From Cirrosporium novae-zelandiae (lineage: Eukaryota): a stretch of 64,000 bases of DNA. Location of the stretch: the NCBI GenBank assembly GCA_026023565.1, contig JAPETS010000014.1, positions 558,001 to 622,000 of the forward strand, given 5' to 3'. The notes beneath the pieces were generated by a model that ran no database searches, had not been told where the DNA came from, and saw only the letters and a program-made list of their open reading frames with translations. Shown here piece by piece: positions 13,721-26,357 of the stretch. Both the position numbers and the translations under genes were made by a program. Positions within the stretch are counted from its first letter, which is position 1. Every line of letters starts with the position of its first letter.

Positions 13721-14081
13721 CTATTTATTCGTCAAAAGATGGGCGGAGTTTGGGGTGGGTGAATGGGTGGGTTGTCTTGGGATGGGTTCATAGCCGTGTT
13801 TGTATCGAATATAAAAATTTCTTTCTGATTTATTCATGTGGCTGCTGCTGTATGTTCTTATCACTATCAAGTCTCACCAAATCGATCTTCCATTCCCCTT
13901 TTTATATTTATATATTTATATAAAAATATCTATATACAATACCCCTAGTAAAATTAATCTAAACCAAGTAAAGGTACTGTCCCCAACTATCCCAAATTTA
14001 CCCGCTCAATCCCCCACCCCCCATGGTATAAACAAAGAAACGCCATCCACAAAACAAGTCCGACTGCGTTGATAAAAGTTT

Positions 14082-17000
14082 TCAAGATCCAAAGCTCAGT
14101 CCACCCCTATGCTTAGGAGCATTCGGCCTTTTGACACCCCCCACAGCCATCTTCCTCACTACACCACCACCACCACCACTCACAGGATTCTTCTTCTTGC
14201 CTCCTCCAGCCCTCGCACCATCTTCTTTGTCCTTGAGTCTCTTTTCCTCCCTCTCCTTATCCTCCTGCATCTGCTGCTCAATTTCCATTTTCCGGTTGAA
14301 TTCCGTTTCTATGACTTTTCTATCCTTGGTGGAATATCCTTTTTCTCGGACCGAGTAGAATACCCCGCCCAGGTCGGCGAGCCAGTGCGGGTCTACGGAT
14401 GTGACGACAGACATATACTCCTTGGAGGTAAGGATCAGTTCGTGGTAGATGACGTAGTCTGGGAGGTAGCCGAGGCCGTAGAGGGCCGAGGTCGGGTGTA
14501 GTTGTACGGTGACCGAGGTTCGGAGGTTGATGTATTCGCCGATTCCTTTGACCTTGGCGGCTTGGTGGTAGTATCCTGAGCAGATGCACTTGCGGATGAT
14601 GTCCCAGTCCGTTCCGCAGGAGATGAGTTCCATTTTTTGCATTTTCATTATATCGGAGAGCTGGTTTCGGATTTCCTGGCCTCGGCGGAGCGCTTTGGGG
14701 TGGAGAAAGTGGCGGACGCACCAGCCGTCAGAGTAGTTGTTGGATTTCCATTGCGTGTATACATGTAAAAGAGTAAGATGGTCGGACTCGGGAACAAAGA
14801 ATTTCTCGCGCGCTGCGTCAGATTCTTCCTGGCGTTCTTTCGGACGGTAGAATACTGATGGGACGGAGAGCATGGAGACAATGGTCAGCATTTCATTGCT
14901 ACAACCATATTCGCAGGATGTGATTATTAGTTTGGCAAGGGAAGGGTCCATAGGGAAGGCCGTCATTTTTCGACCTAGAGGGGTGAGTTCCCCAATATTG
15001 TCCAAGGCACCAAGGGCCCAGAGATCGAAGAGGGAAGTTGTAATTGTGTCTTGAGGAGGAGGATCCATAAAGTCAAAGTCGAGAAGATCCCTCACGCCAA
15101 GGGATTTGAGGAGGAGGACTGTATTTGCGAGGTTGGTTCGCTGAATTTCTGGAATGGTTTGTATGTAGAATTCGTCTCTAAAGGCTCGTTCGGTGTAGAG
15201 ATGGAATGCCTTGCCAGGTCCTGTTCGGCCTGCTCTTCCAGCTCTTTGAGAGGCATTGGCTTGGGATATTGGGGTTATTTGGAGTGTGTCCATGCCCATC
15301 CGGGGATTATATACTTTAAGCTTCGAGAAACCTCCATCAACAACATACATAATACCATCAACAGTCAAACTAGTCTCGGCAATATTGGTTGCCACAATGA
15401 CTTTTCGAACGCCAGGGGCGGCCTTATCGAAGATCTTTGCTTGCAAGTCTGCAGGCATTTGACTGTATATTGGAAGAATGCTAAGTTTAGGAGGATCATT
15501 GAGCATCCGAAGCCGTTCATCGATCAATTCACAGGTGACCTCGATATCTTCTTGTCCAGTCATGAATACCAATATATCCCCAGCAGGCTGAGAAACATGA
15601 ATGGCCAAAACTTGCTTGACAGCACTATCCACGTAATCCTCGCAAGGAGAGCGGGAATATTGTATATCAACTGGAAAGGTACGGCCAGGGATAATGAACT
15701 CAGGAGCACCACCATAAAAGTGAGAGAATCGCTCAGAATTCATGGTGGCCGAGGTAATAATCAACTTAAGGTCCCTCCGACGAGCGAGGACTTTCTTTAT
15801 AAGACCCATAAGCACATCAGTATTCAAGGCTCTCTCGTGAGCTTCATCCATGATAATGCAAGAGTATCTGTCAAGGTCTGGTTCGACCAGAGACTCTCGG
15901 AGTAAAACACCATCAGTCATATACTTTATAACTGTTTCACGGCTTGTACAGTCTTCAAAACGAATTGCATATCCCACAAGAGCTCCAAGTCTAACCTCCA
16001 TCTCCTCGCTCACTCGTTTCGCTACACTCATGGCAGCAACACGTCTGGGTTGAGTGCATCCGATGAGACCTTTTTTCCCATAGCCATCCTCATACAGAAA
16101 TTGTGTCAACTGGGTTGTTTTTCCTGATCCTGTTTGCCCTACCACCACCACAACCTGGTTGTCCCTGATGACACGAAGAAGCTCCTCTCGGACTGCAAAT
16201 GCAGGCAAAAATTCTCGTTGTTCTTTCAAAGTCTTGCTCTTGCTGAATGCACTCTGTCCATCAGATTTCTTGAGATGTTCCGCAAACTTGCTACCTCCTT
16301 TATGGTCTTCTTCCCCAGGTATCGGGGCGGCACTATCTCCTTCATCATCTTTTACTCCCATTATATTACCCAAAGTAGTACCGGCAATCTTGGTGGCTTC
16401 CTGAGCCTGCTTCTGCCGTTCTCTCTGCTGTCTTTTTTCCTTTACAACTCTGCTACCTTTTCGAGCGAAAACGGCCATATCACTTTGAGGATCTTTGACT
16501 GCGGGAACCGGGTCCAATTGTTTCGTAAAAACTTTCTTCCCGTCCAAAAACGGCGGTTTGAGGTCGTGTACCAGTAAATGGATCCTAGTACCGTCGTCAT
16601 CATCTTCAAGGTCCCCTAAAATCCCACTTCGCTGAGCTACTCCAGATGTAAGCAACTGTGTCGCCTCCCATTTATCAACATCTTTTTGTTTTTGTGCTGC
16701 TCTGGCAGTCATTCGCTTGTTAATCTTCTTCTCGGCCAACGCTGCTTCTCGTTGCTGATCCTCCCAGGTGTTGTCAGCACCTCCAAATGGGTTATGCGAC
16801 TCATCGCCAAAGGTGTGTCCAAACTCGTCGCCATCATACCAATCTCGATCTAAGGCATAGCTATCTTGTTCATTGATCTGGGACTCGGATTCCTCGAATT
16901 TATCTTGGCGTGGTGTGGAGGCATAATGCGAATTCCGTGGAGTAGAGGCACGCGAGGAAGACCGAGATCCGTTATATTCATCTTTGAACCGATCGAAGGA

Positions 17001-17123
17001 TTTATGATCTGAGTGATGTGAATTATGGGTCGATCTGAACGGTCTCGAGTTATAAGGGCGAGGAGGAACTGAAAATTCTTCAGAGTCCAACTTCCTCTTG
17101 AGTGGACTGTTTTCTCTAGCCAT
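14082..17123 (-). CDS. PRP16: Pre-mRNA splicing DEAH-box RNA helicase Prp16 (1013 aa, single exon)
   Basis: [47 protein letters not shown] and [12 protein letters not shown] motifs; Prp16-typical N-terminal ALDRDWY and [13 protein letters not shown]. Confidence 0.97.
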   Translation of the reverse strand: MARENSPLKRKLDSEEFSVPPRPYNSRPFRSTHNSHHSDHKSFDRFKDEYNGSRSSSRASTPRNSHYASTPRQDKFEESESQINEQDSYALDRDWYDGDEFGHTFGDESHNPFGGADNTWEDQQREAALAEKKINKRMTARAAQKQKDVDKWEATQLLTSGVAQRSGILGDLEDDDDGTRIHLLVHDLKPPFLDGKKVFTKQLDPVPAVKDPQSDMAVFARKGSRVVKEKRQQRERQKQAQEATKIAGTTLGNIMGVKDDEGDSAAPIPGEEDHKGGSKFAEHLKKSDGQSAFSKSKTLKEQREFLPAFAVREELLRVIRDNQVVVVVGQTGSGKTTQLTQFLYEDGYGKKGLIGCTQPRRVAAMSVAKRVSEEMEVRLGALVGYAIRFEDCTSRETVIKYMTDGVLLRESLVEPDLDRYSCIIMDEAHERALNTDVLMGLIKKVLARRRDLKLIITSATMNSERFSHFYGGAPEFIIPGRTFPVDIQYSRSPCEDYVDSAVKQVLAIHVSQPAGDILVFMTGQEDIEVTCELIDERLRMLNDPPKLSILPIYSQMPADLQAKIFDKAAPGVRKVIVATNIAETSLTVDGIMYVVDGGFSKLKVYNPRMGMDTLQITPISQANASQRAGRAGRTGPGKAFHLYTERAFRDEFYIQTIPEIQRTNLANTVLLLKSLGVRDLLDFDFMDPPPQDTITTSLFDLWALGALDNIGELTPLGRKMTAFPMDPSLAKLIITSCEYGCSNEMLTIVSMLSVPSVFYRPKERQEESDAAREKFFVPESDHLTLLHVYTQWKSNNYSDGWCVRHFLHPKALRRGQEIRNQLSDIMKMQKMELISCGTDWDIIRKCICSGYYHQAAKVKGIGEYINLRTSVTVQLHPTSALYGLGYLPDYVIYHELILTSKEYMSVVTSVDPHWLADLGGVFYSVREKGYSTKDRKVIETEFNRKMEIEQQMQEDKEREEKRLKDKEDGARAGGGKKKNPVSGGGGGVVRKMAVGGVKRPNAPKHRGGLSFGS

Positions 17124-17313
17124 TTCTAGATAGTATCAGGAACGTCGTAGAGTCAGAACCTCGGGGCTCTGATCGGAACCTTACCTGAGTTATCCGAAGA
17201 ACCACAACGTACTTTGCAATACCTTTGGAAAACCAAAAAGATACACAGTATTGATCAATTAGTGATTTCTTGAATCTGTAAATCATTCGGGCTCTGCAGT
17301 GGTATGTCAATGG

Positions 17314-17334
17314 CACGTGATTTGCAATCACGTG
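17314..17334. promoter_or_regulatory. Paired CACGTG E-boxes in the 337-bp PRP16/GIM4 bidirectional promoter
   Basis: CACGTGATTTGCAATCACGTG is a near-perfect palindrome carrying two TCACGTG (Cbf1-type bHLH) sites in inverted orientation. Confidence 0.55.
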
Positions 17335-17460
17335 GTGAACCTTATCGGAGCTTGAAAACATAAAGTTCCGGCCCCTCCATTCTAGTATTCAACCCCAGAT
17401 AGTTAATATTTGCAATATCCAACCTCATTCCCCTCAAATTCTGGTTAGACTAAATTCCCC

Positions 17461-18103
17461 ATGGCGCAGCAAGTATCCATGAAACGGCAGCAAGGTATAC
17501 ATTAATTCTAGTTCTCTACTGCTCAAGATTCAAGGCTAATATCTTCTCCAGAGCTGCAACTCCAATATACCAATTACAAAAACACTCTGCAGCAGCTCGC
17601 ACAAAAAATTGGTGACGTGGAGCAAGAGACTGAAGAGCACAAGTAAGTCTGTCATGCGATGATCTCGTCCCATTACCTAGCTCTCCCGACTTCGTGTTTT
17701 ATGATCTCTACTAGCAGCCTAGCTTGTTACCATTAACATTTGAGCTGACCGCTATTTTGTTGAAACAGGCTTGTCCTTGAGACTTTGGAACCTTTGTCCG
17801 AGGACAGAAAGTGCTTCCGTATGATCAACGGGGTACTGGTAGAAAGAACGGTGAAGGACGTTGTTCCCGCACTAAAGACGAATTCCGATGGATTGAAAAA
17901 GGTGCTGGATGATTTACTGAAGCAGTACAAGACGAAGCAAGATGAGCTGGAGAAATGGAAGGTTTGTCTAGCCCCGTTTTCTGATCGACCATGGACATAT
18001 TGTTTCCCCGCAATGTGACGTATGGCAGTTTCAGTCCCTCGTTTCACCGCTAACATTTCTCGATATGTAGAAGAAAAATAATATTCAAGTAGTACAACAA
18101 TGA
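17461..18103 (+). CDS. GIM4: Prefoldin subunit 2 (116 aa); exons 17461-17494, 17552-17642, 17769-17961, 18071-18103
   Basis: Spliced product contains QLAQKIGDVEQETEEHKLVLETLEPLSEDRKCFRMINGVLVERTVKDV and ends KKNNIQVVQQ; three GT-AG introns keep the frame. Confidence 0.95.
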
Positions 18104-20304
18104 AGCGATGACAAGAATTAGCGCAGTACGGTCGAGTCCGATCCTTTAGGACCTTTCTGCCCTGGAGGAAGACGTGTTCTGAATGATGAAAATGAAGGAC
18201 GTCATACATAGGAGGGGACGTCGGAGCCTACAATTGACATTGACTAGGCTATCCATGGTGACGATAAAGCGTCGAGACCGTTGAAAGCTACAGCATATCG
18301 GCGCTCGTTCCGGTTGAAGACAAATCACTAAGCTACCACTGTCAGTATCATGATGGGGGTTTTGAACGTAGGACGAAGATAGAATAATTTCGCCTTGTCC
18401 ATACTGCACGGATGCCCAAAAGATATCGGTCATCATCATCCATGATTACGACTTTGTGCTTCATACTCATGCCCCAAGGCTGGGGTTAAGCTGCAACCTT
18501 AGGGCCTTAGGCATCTTAGGCAGAAGCCAACCCCGACCCAGACTGGTTTTTTAGCAGTTATGCAACTCAACTTAATCGGCAATCCAAATGACCGGGTTAA
18601 AGATGGCAGAATTTCTAACATTGTAGAATCTTATTGAATACAAAACATTTAGATGGGCATAATGGGCACGATGGGCAGGACGGTGTGTGGCTTGGATGAG
18701 TTGGCGATCATGCAGAATGCTTGTAGTTGCAGTAGACCAAGGTTGGTTACTTGATGGTGGTGACGAGCGAACATACCGATAATACGGGCATAGGTTGGGG
18801 TACTTTTCTGAATTCTCCAGGTACCGACTGGGAGCATTTTAGACTGTTTAGTTGATGGGAAATAAGTAGAAAATTCTAGAACCTTTTGGGAGTCTTGAAT
18901 TCTTGAATTCTTGAAAGAGTTGACATGCCGGGACTTGCAGGTTTGTCATGTACAGCAATCCATGATCAGTAAGTAAACCGAGTAAGATTTGTCTCTCTCT
19001 CAATATTTCCCAAAGGTGATGATTTGGGCAACACGAGGCCTTAGACTCTGGTTCTTAGTGTAGAGATTGCCCAAAAGGCCTAAAATTAATTAAAATAATG
19101 CAAGGGGTTCAGAATTATCTATTGTCTACTATAGTATTATTATTGTCTCTTGTCTCTTGTCTATTGCTTATTGCTTATTGCTTATTGTCGACTTTAGGAT
19201 GATGATGATGATGATGATGATGAATGTTACACCCATACCCATACCCATGACCCAAGGAGCATGAACCAGGCCCCCTTGTCATTGGATTTCCTTTGTTTTC
19301 TCCCTCATCTTTGGTCCTTTTTGACATTTCGCTTTCGGAACGGCCCTCGGTTGAGTGGAGTAATAACGACGGAAATAATTGTGACGGTCTCAGCCTTAAG
19401 AGGTCTAAGATGATAGGAAATAATTTGATGAAATCCAACTGGCTGATGATAATTTTAGGTGCAAGGTTTGAGTTGACCAGCTGTCAAATCCATGGATTCC
19501 TGTTAGATAGTTTTTCTGTTTTGGATTTGATCCGGATCCTTTGGGTCATTGCTTTCCATTAAGAGTTGATTAAAATCATTCAGACCTTATCCAGAGCAAC
19601 GGGCTTCCCTTCAAGCCTCTTACTCGAGTCAACTTGTAAACCTTCAGCCTCTTAACTAAGACAGCCTTGCAATTTCCCTGACATCGATCATCAGTATAAA
19701 AATAAAAGAAATCTATAGTTACTGAAAATACATTGTAAATAAACAGGGAAATAAATAAATAAACAAATAATAGTTAGTCAATTAATTAGTACATCCATCC
19801 TGAGTACGTACATACACAGACACAGACACAGACACATACACATACATAAAACTCTTATCAACTTCAAGAAAACAAAAAGAATACCTAATATCAAACCTTG
19901 AATTTTTAGGTCAAACCCATTGGTGAATTTGTTGTCATTTTTTTTGTGTGAAAGTGCACGTTGTAGGAGCCGGCGCGTCCTAAGCTACTGATTGTATATT
20001 CCTTCTCTCCCCCCCCAAAAATCAAACACCCCCAACCCCCAATTCTGCCGAGACTTACTTTGGGCAGCATTACTGTATTCAATCAATCAACCTCGACCTG
20101 AACACCGGTGAACTGTCCATATTCGTTTCATCGTCATTGTGGTCATTTTGACCCATTGTGACTTCCTGTCACCTTCTTACCTACCCCCCTCATCCCATCC
20201 CCCCCCCCACACAGCTTAGAGAAAAAAAAGCAAAGGGTTATGCGCTTGGTCGATTTCAACAACCTTCTTTCGTATTTCCACTAGGATCCCTCGTTCTACT
20301 GCAG

Positions 20305-20660
20305 GTAAGTCATACATTGCTGGGACTCGTAATTCCCCAAAGGGTACTCTGGATTCTCCCAAGTCAAACTGACAGCTCTCTGTGGGCGACCCTGTTTCTT
20401 AATAGATTTCTCCAAAATTGAAACCAATCGCGCAAACAAACAATTGACACCCCACTCGTACCCATCAAAGAAAAAACCGGTCGCGAAGCTGCAGCAGTAG
20501 TCTGTTCACTCTCCAACACCATTGATTTGATCCGTTCAAACACAATTGACTTCCAATTGGTCTTCCTTTCCACCCTGTTCCCCTCTACGATTACCCTCGT
20601 CTACGTTCGCAGCACGCCTGCGTGCTTGCAGATAGCTAATAAACTGGGCCCTGTTGGTAG
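20305..20660 (+). other. Candidate 5'-UTR intron of hapC
   Basis: CAG|GTAAGT donor at 20305, GCTAAT branch at 20635, TAG at 20660, all upstream of the hapC ATG; no transcript evidence. Confidence 0.35.
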
Positions 20661-20897
20661 TTGTTGGTACTAGTGGGATCGCTGTGCAATTGTACGACGG
20701 ATTCCTTGCGAGCCATACATTCCCGACGCTTGGTTCAATCTTGGTTTTGAGGCTGTTGTGAGGCCGTCGTAACGCAACCTGACGCGGAGCTGCATAGAAC
20801 TTGACACTTGAGGCCACAGTGACGTGGTCATTTGCCAGCAGAGCAGCCAACTATTCTTCACCGAGGCTGGCAACCGCTGCAAGTAGCCAAGTACATC

Positions 20898-22126
20898 ATG
20901 TCGGCCTCCCCTCCAAAGGAAGCGGAGGTGGAACAAGAACCGCAGTCGCACGACGAAGAGGGGCCCATGGAAAGGGATCCTCATACTGAGCAAGCACCAG
21001 GACTTAGCTACGAGTTCGAGGTCAAGGAGCAAGACCGATGGCTTCCGATTGCAAATGGTTGGTGGTCCACCTCTTACCTTATGCACCTTACCCGTCTTTT
21101 CATTTGAGCGTACCTTACTTCCGCTGCTGCACGATCGGAGAAGCTATGTTTACTGGATCGCTTCAACGAGCGTTGTTGTGTCTCGAGTGCTCATTCGTCT
21201 TTCTTATCAAACTACTTCTGCATCGCAGCGCAAGCTCGATGGTCAAGATTTCAAGGACCACTCAGAGATTGCAATGCCTCGCAACCCTGCCAGCTCCGTT
21301 TCACCCTCTCATCGACATGGAAGCAAATCGCATAACATTGCTTCTGATGCTAACATTCGAAACTTTGCTCCAGTGGCCAGAATTATGAAAACCGCCCTAC
21401 CGGACAATGCAAAAATTGCAAAGGAGGCAAAAGAATGCATGCAGGAATGCGTGAGCGAGTTCATCTCGTTCATCACCAGCGAAGGTACGTCGTTGCTCGC
21501 ATTGATTCTTTGATATCTACTAACCCAGGGTCGGTGGCGTCGGCAGCATCGGAAAAGTGTCAGCAGGAGAAGAGGAAAACGGTCAATGGGGAGGATATCC
21601 TCTTTGCCATGACCAGCTTGGGGTTCGAAAATTATGCCGAAGCGTTGAAAATATATTTATCCAAATATCGCGAAGTAAGACATTCCCTACAAGGGACCGC
21701 TGGTTACCATGACAAGGTAGCTGGCACCGTCCCCCTCCTCCCCTTTCCCCTCCTTTCCCCGTGTGAACTATACCCCTCTCCCTCCCCTTTTTCCGCCCTC
21801 TCATTCCTTTTGTCGTCTATATTTGAATAGACAAGTATCTGAACTATGAAATTGATGGGTGGTATGAGACACAATCCACGAGAGGGGAGAACCAGAACCG
21901 GCCCAGCAGCGGATACGGGGCAGGCGGCCCAGTCGTCAGCGGCGGCGGCGCGACCAGCACCAACGCTGCTCCATCCTCATCCTCCACAATCTACACGGGG
22001 CATGCCGAGAACAACAACAACCTACTAGGGACACAAGGCATCGAAGGCACGGAGCAAGACCCCGGCGCGTACGGTCAGGTGTATCCCGGCATGGTGGGGA
22101 CAAGCCACAATGGCGACGCATATTAA
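20898..22126 (+). CDS. hapC: CCAAT-binding complex subunit HapC/Hap3 (NF-YB), 218 aa; exons 20898-21057, 21374-21484, 21547-21674, 21869-22126
   Basis: [86 protein letters not shown] histone fold. The last acceptor is GAG, so that exon boundary is less certain. Confidence 0.96.
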
Positions 22127-22926
22127 GAATGGTGCCGTCTCTGGGGGGAAGGGTTATAGACAATTATAGCGAGCATCATTCTTTCGAAGAGAATTCCTGC
22201 TTTCATCTTCCCCAACCACGAGCGCGGTCGAGTGAGATGGAGAGTGGGGAGGGAGGTATTGGATAAGAATGGAAAAAAGAAAGATTGTTGGCATGTACGA
22301 ATGGGGAGGGATAATTTGCATTTGGTAAGTGTATAAGCTACTTGGAAACGTTCGTTTGTATGGAAGTTTGAGGGTTTGAAGTTTGAGGTATGAGGGTTAG
22401 AAAGAATGGCAATCATTGGGCGGTTAAATGGGATGTGCGCCTTTATCATTGTTGACTCAGATGTATTAATGTCAAGAATCATTCATCTTCATTATTAGTA
22501 TTATTAGTATTCCAGCAGGAAGATGATTGTTTGTGTAGTAAATAAAGCTGAAGATTTGTCGATAATTCTTTTTTGTTTGTTGGTGTAAGTAAGTACCTGT
22601 CTAGGTAGATAATTGGGGTGAGAGAGGGGGATTGTTTCGGTTCCCTGCGGAGATCTCTCAGGGCATTGTTGATTGTTGGTTGATTGCCGGATGATAGCCG
22701 GAAGATAGCCGGAGGATACCTGGGTACAGGACAGTCTGTACAGTACAATGGCCCGTCTCTTATCGATCATTCATTTATTTCTTTTCCTTTTCCTTTTCCT
22801 TTTCCTTTTCCTCCGATGCAAACCGCTTTGACAAGTTGCCCCGTGCACCTACGCCCTTTGAATTGGAAATGACATTAAATTTCTCCACATTTACATGCAG
22901 CTTAAGGCCTCCAATCTTTGTCCAAT

Positions 22927-22933
22927 TGACTCA
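22927..22933 (+). promoter_or_regulatory. Gcn4/CpcA response element upstream of ARO8 (second copy at 22453-22459)
   Basis: Exact TGACTCA ~210 bp upstream of an amino-acid aminotransferase ATG, followed by TATAAA at ~22964. Confidence 0.55.
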
Positions 22934-23142
22934 TCCCCCCGATAACGGTCCTTTTGTAATCCTTATAAATATCCTACTTTCTGAAAGATATTTTTTTTAA
23001 AATTCATTCTTGAACATAACCCGAAAAACAGAGGGGGAAAAAGTCCCCGATTTTCGTATGAATTATAGAAAGTCTACCAGCTATCTACTACCAACTACAT
23101 ATTCAGTTGACATTTAAAAAAAACATAAAAATTAAAAAAAAA

Positions 23143-24937
23143 ATGGCCCCTCCTTCCGCCATTGATATCGTACCTGTGACAGATACTGAATCTATTATCA
23201 TCGAGAAGCCATTGAGTGTTGGGAATGTCGCGGCTAGGAGAGCTAAAGCTGCGGCCTTGAACACAGCTGTTGCGCCATTTGCTAATAGTGATATGTTCAA
23301 GGGTGTTGTATGTTGACACTTTCTGAGGAATGATTTATTGCCACTAACTGGTTTGTGATAAGTCGAGCCAGGGAAAACCATTAGCAAAACGATGGGACCG
23401 TACGTTTTTTTTGTCTCTCTACAAGAGTGGGTATAGGGCTAATGTCGATAAGACCGTATATCTGAAGAATGCAAGGCGAGAAATGTGAGATTACCCCCAT
23501 CATGCATCTTTAACCCATAGTAGCCTTTCTACTAATTACTATCCCCCTCAGCCCTCGTCCCTAAAAGCTGCAGCCAAATATCTCGTAAAGCCGGATGTGA
23601 TATCCCTCGGGGGTGGCCTCCCATCCAGCAGCTACTTCCCCTTCGAATCCATCTCCGCCCAGGTCCCGACAGTCCCCAAATTCAGTGAAGCCGAGATGCT
23701 CGAATCAAGCCAAACGATCACCGTTGGGAAATATGACTGTGCCCAAGGCAAAGGCGTGTACGACCTCTCCGTCGCCCTCAACTACGGCCAATGCATGGGC
23801 TCCCCGCAGCTTTTACGATTCGTGACCGAGCACACGGAAATTATCCATAACCCGCCTTATAGGGACTGGCAATGCAGCCTGACGGTGGGAAGCACATCCT
23901 CACTGGACATGGCACTCCGAATCTTCACGCAGCGTGGTGACCACGTGCTGGTGGAATCCTACGCATTCTCCTCGGCGCTAGAGACCATGCACCCCCTAGG
24001 TCTACATCCCGTAGGCATCTCCATGGACGCCGAAGGCATCATCCCATCGGACCTTGACGACATTCTCTCAAACTGGGACCCAGCTGCACACAACGGGGCT
24101 CAAAAGCCCTTCCTCCTCTACACCGTCCCCACAGGCCAAAACCCAACAGGGTCCACACAATCGGTCCCGCGACGCAAAGCCATCTACGCTGTTGCGCAGA
24201 AACACGATCTTTATATCTTAGAAGACGAACCCTACTACTTCCTACAAATGCAACCCTACACCTCGACCCCAGAACCCCCCGCACCACCACCCACACACTC
24301 CACGTTCCTCAAATCCCTAATCCCCTCATACCTCTCCATCGACACCGACGGGCGTGTCATGCGCCTCGACTCCTTCAGCAAAGTCGTCGCCCCGGGCTCC
24401 CGCATCGGCTGGATCACAGCCTCGGCCCAAATCTGCGAACGCGCCGTCCGCCACTGCGAAGTCTCGATGCAGTTCCCCTCGGGCCTCTCCCAAATCCTCC
24501 TCTACAAACTCCTCGACGAATCCTGGGGCCACTCCGGCTATCTCGACTGGCTCATCCACCTCCGCTTACAATACACCGCCCGCCGCAACAACCTCGTCCG
24601 CGCCTGCGAGGCATATCTCCCCGCCGACGTCGCTAGCTGGACCCCGCCTGCGGCAGGAATGTTCCACTGGATCCATATCGATTTCAAGAAACACCCCTCG
24701 CTAAAGGAAAATCCTGAAAGGGATATCCTGGAGCTGGAACACGAAATCTTTGAAACTGCGGTCGAGTGTGGAACGTTGGTTAGCAAGGGGAGCTGGTTTA
24801 GGGCTGATAAGGGTGGGGTTGTGAAGGATATGTTCTTTCGAGTTACGTTTGCGGCGGCGCCGGAGGAGAAGGTGGCGATTGCAATTCAGAGGTTTGGGGA
24901 TGCGTTGAGGAAGAGTTTTGGGTTGGAAGAGAAGTAG
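23143..24937 (+). CDS. ARO8: Aromatic amino acid / 2-aminoadipate aminotransferase, class I PLP-dependent (539 aa); exons 23143-23307, 23363-23399, 23453-23484, 23552-24937
   Basis: KPLAKRWDH, ISLGGGLP, YTVPTGQNPTG, ILEDEPYYFLQM, RLDSFSKVVAPGSRIGW (PLP lysine), AGMFHW and FFRVTFAAA motifs. Confidence 0.93.
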
Positions 24938-24959
24938 GGGAAGAAATGAGGGGGTGGGG

Positions 24960-26340
24960 GGGAATGTCTCTATCCATCCATAGTCATGGTCATAGCCACA
25001 GCCACAGCCACAGTCGTATCCATAGCCGTTAGTCGTATATATATATATATACCCACCCAACACGTATAATAAATATATCTATCTATATACGGACGAACCA
25101 ACCAACCATCCAACATCTAACCAACCCAACCCAACAAACAGGACAGAAACAGAATAGGAAAAAAGAAAAGAAAAGAAAAGAAAAGAAAATTAATTAGCAA
25201 ATACAAATACAATGCCAGGTGTGGGATATGTGAGGGGGAGAGATGGAAATTAGTGAGGATGTGTAGGTGTAGAGTCGGGTGGAAATGGGGAAATAGGGAA
25301 CAGAATAAATATATATTGTAGATAACCTAGGTAAAAGTAGCTAGGGGGGGGGGGCATAAATCCCCTTTTTTTTTCTTTTTTTCTTATTTTGTTCTGGCTT
25401 CTCCCTCTTCTTCTTTTACTCTTCTAAGCTCTTCCAGTTTCCTTAAATATTGATTGCATAGCTAGACTGTGACTAGACCAGACCACCCCCTTTTCCCCTC
25501 AGGCTCTTCCCCCTCAGGCTTTCCTTTAGGCCCTTTTTAGGCCTTCTCTATTTGTCTCTACGCCTGATCCGGTTTGAAGTGAAATGAAATGAAATGGAAT
25601 GGAATGTTGTTCATAGTAAGAAGAAAGGAAGAGGAAGAGGAAAGGAAAAGAGGGAGGGGGGGGGGAGAAAAAATAAATAGAGGGGAAAGTATTTAGGTAG
25701 CATAGTATAGAGCACATACATATCCAGGCACATTATCTCATTTAAAAAAAAAAAAAAAAAAACTCCTTTTCTCCTCTTTTGGATATTGGATATTGGATAT
25801 ATGGTATGAACGAGACCTCTCCCCCTTCCCCCCCGACCATCTTCTTCCCCTTACACGGATTGAAAACGAAACGAAATAAAAACGATTCGACTCGACTCGA
25901 CTCAAAACAGAATAAAACGGGATGAACTGTTAATCGCAGAGATCGAAGGGGAAGAAAGGGGGGGGGGGGGAAAGAGGGAGATACGGGGAAAGATAGTATA
26001 GTGTATATATATATAGCACACGTTCAAACGATCAATCTTATCTATCCATCCATCCAAAAAAAAAGAAAGGAATTCTTTCCCTCTATGGCTCGACTTGAAA
26101 TAAAAATCACAAGTGAGGAAAAAAGGAGCGAAAGAAGGATGGTAAAGAAAAAAAAATATTCAGGTAGTTTTTTGCATGGTATAGCGTAGTTTTGCGTAGC
26201 ATAGCCCACATCTAATCAATCAATCCACCCAAACGAACTCCCTCCATCTCCCTCTCCTCTCCTCTACACTTTCTCTTCTCCCCTCTCCATTTCCCCTCCA
26301 TCGCTTTTCCCTTTCTTCACTTTTCCATTTCTTTTTTCCC
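24960..26340. repeat. Microsatellite-rich spacer between convergent ARO8 and OST2
   Basis: (TA)n, (AAAAG)n, poly-A 25744-25762, poly-G tracts, (GAAAT)n, (CGACT)n. Confidence 0.85.
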
Positions 26341-26357
26341 ATATCCCCCCCACCAAA

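Noticed and set aside
15051..15905. 284-aa + strand ORF and other long ORFs overlapping PRP16, ARO8, HRD1 and col-26
   Set aside because: Antisense or alternate-frame shadows of real genes, with no independent motifs
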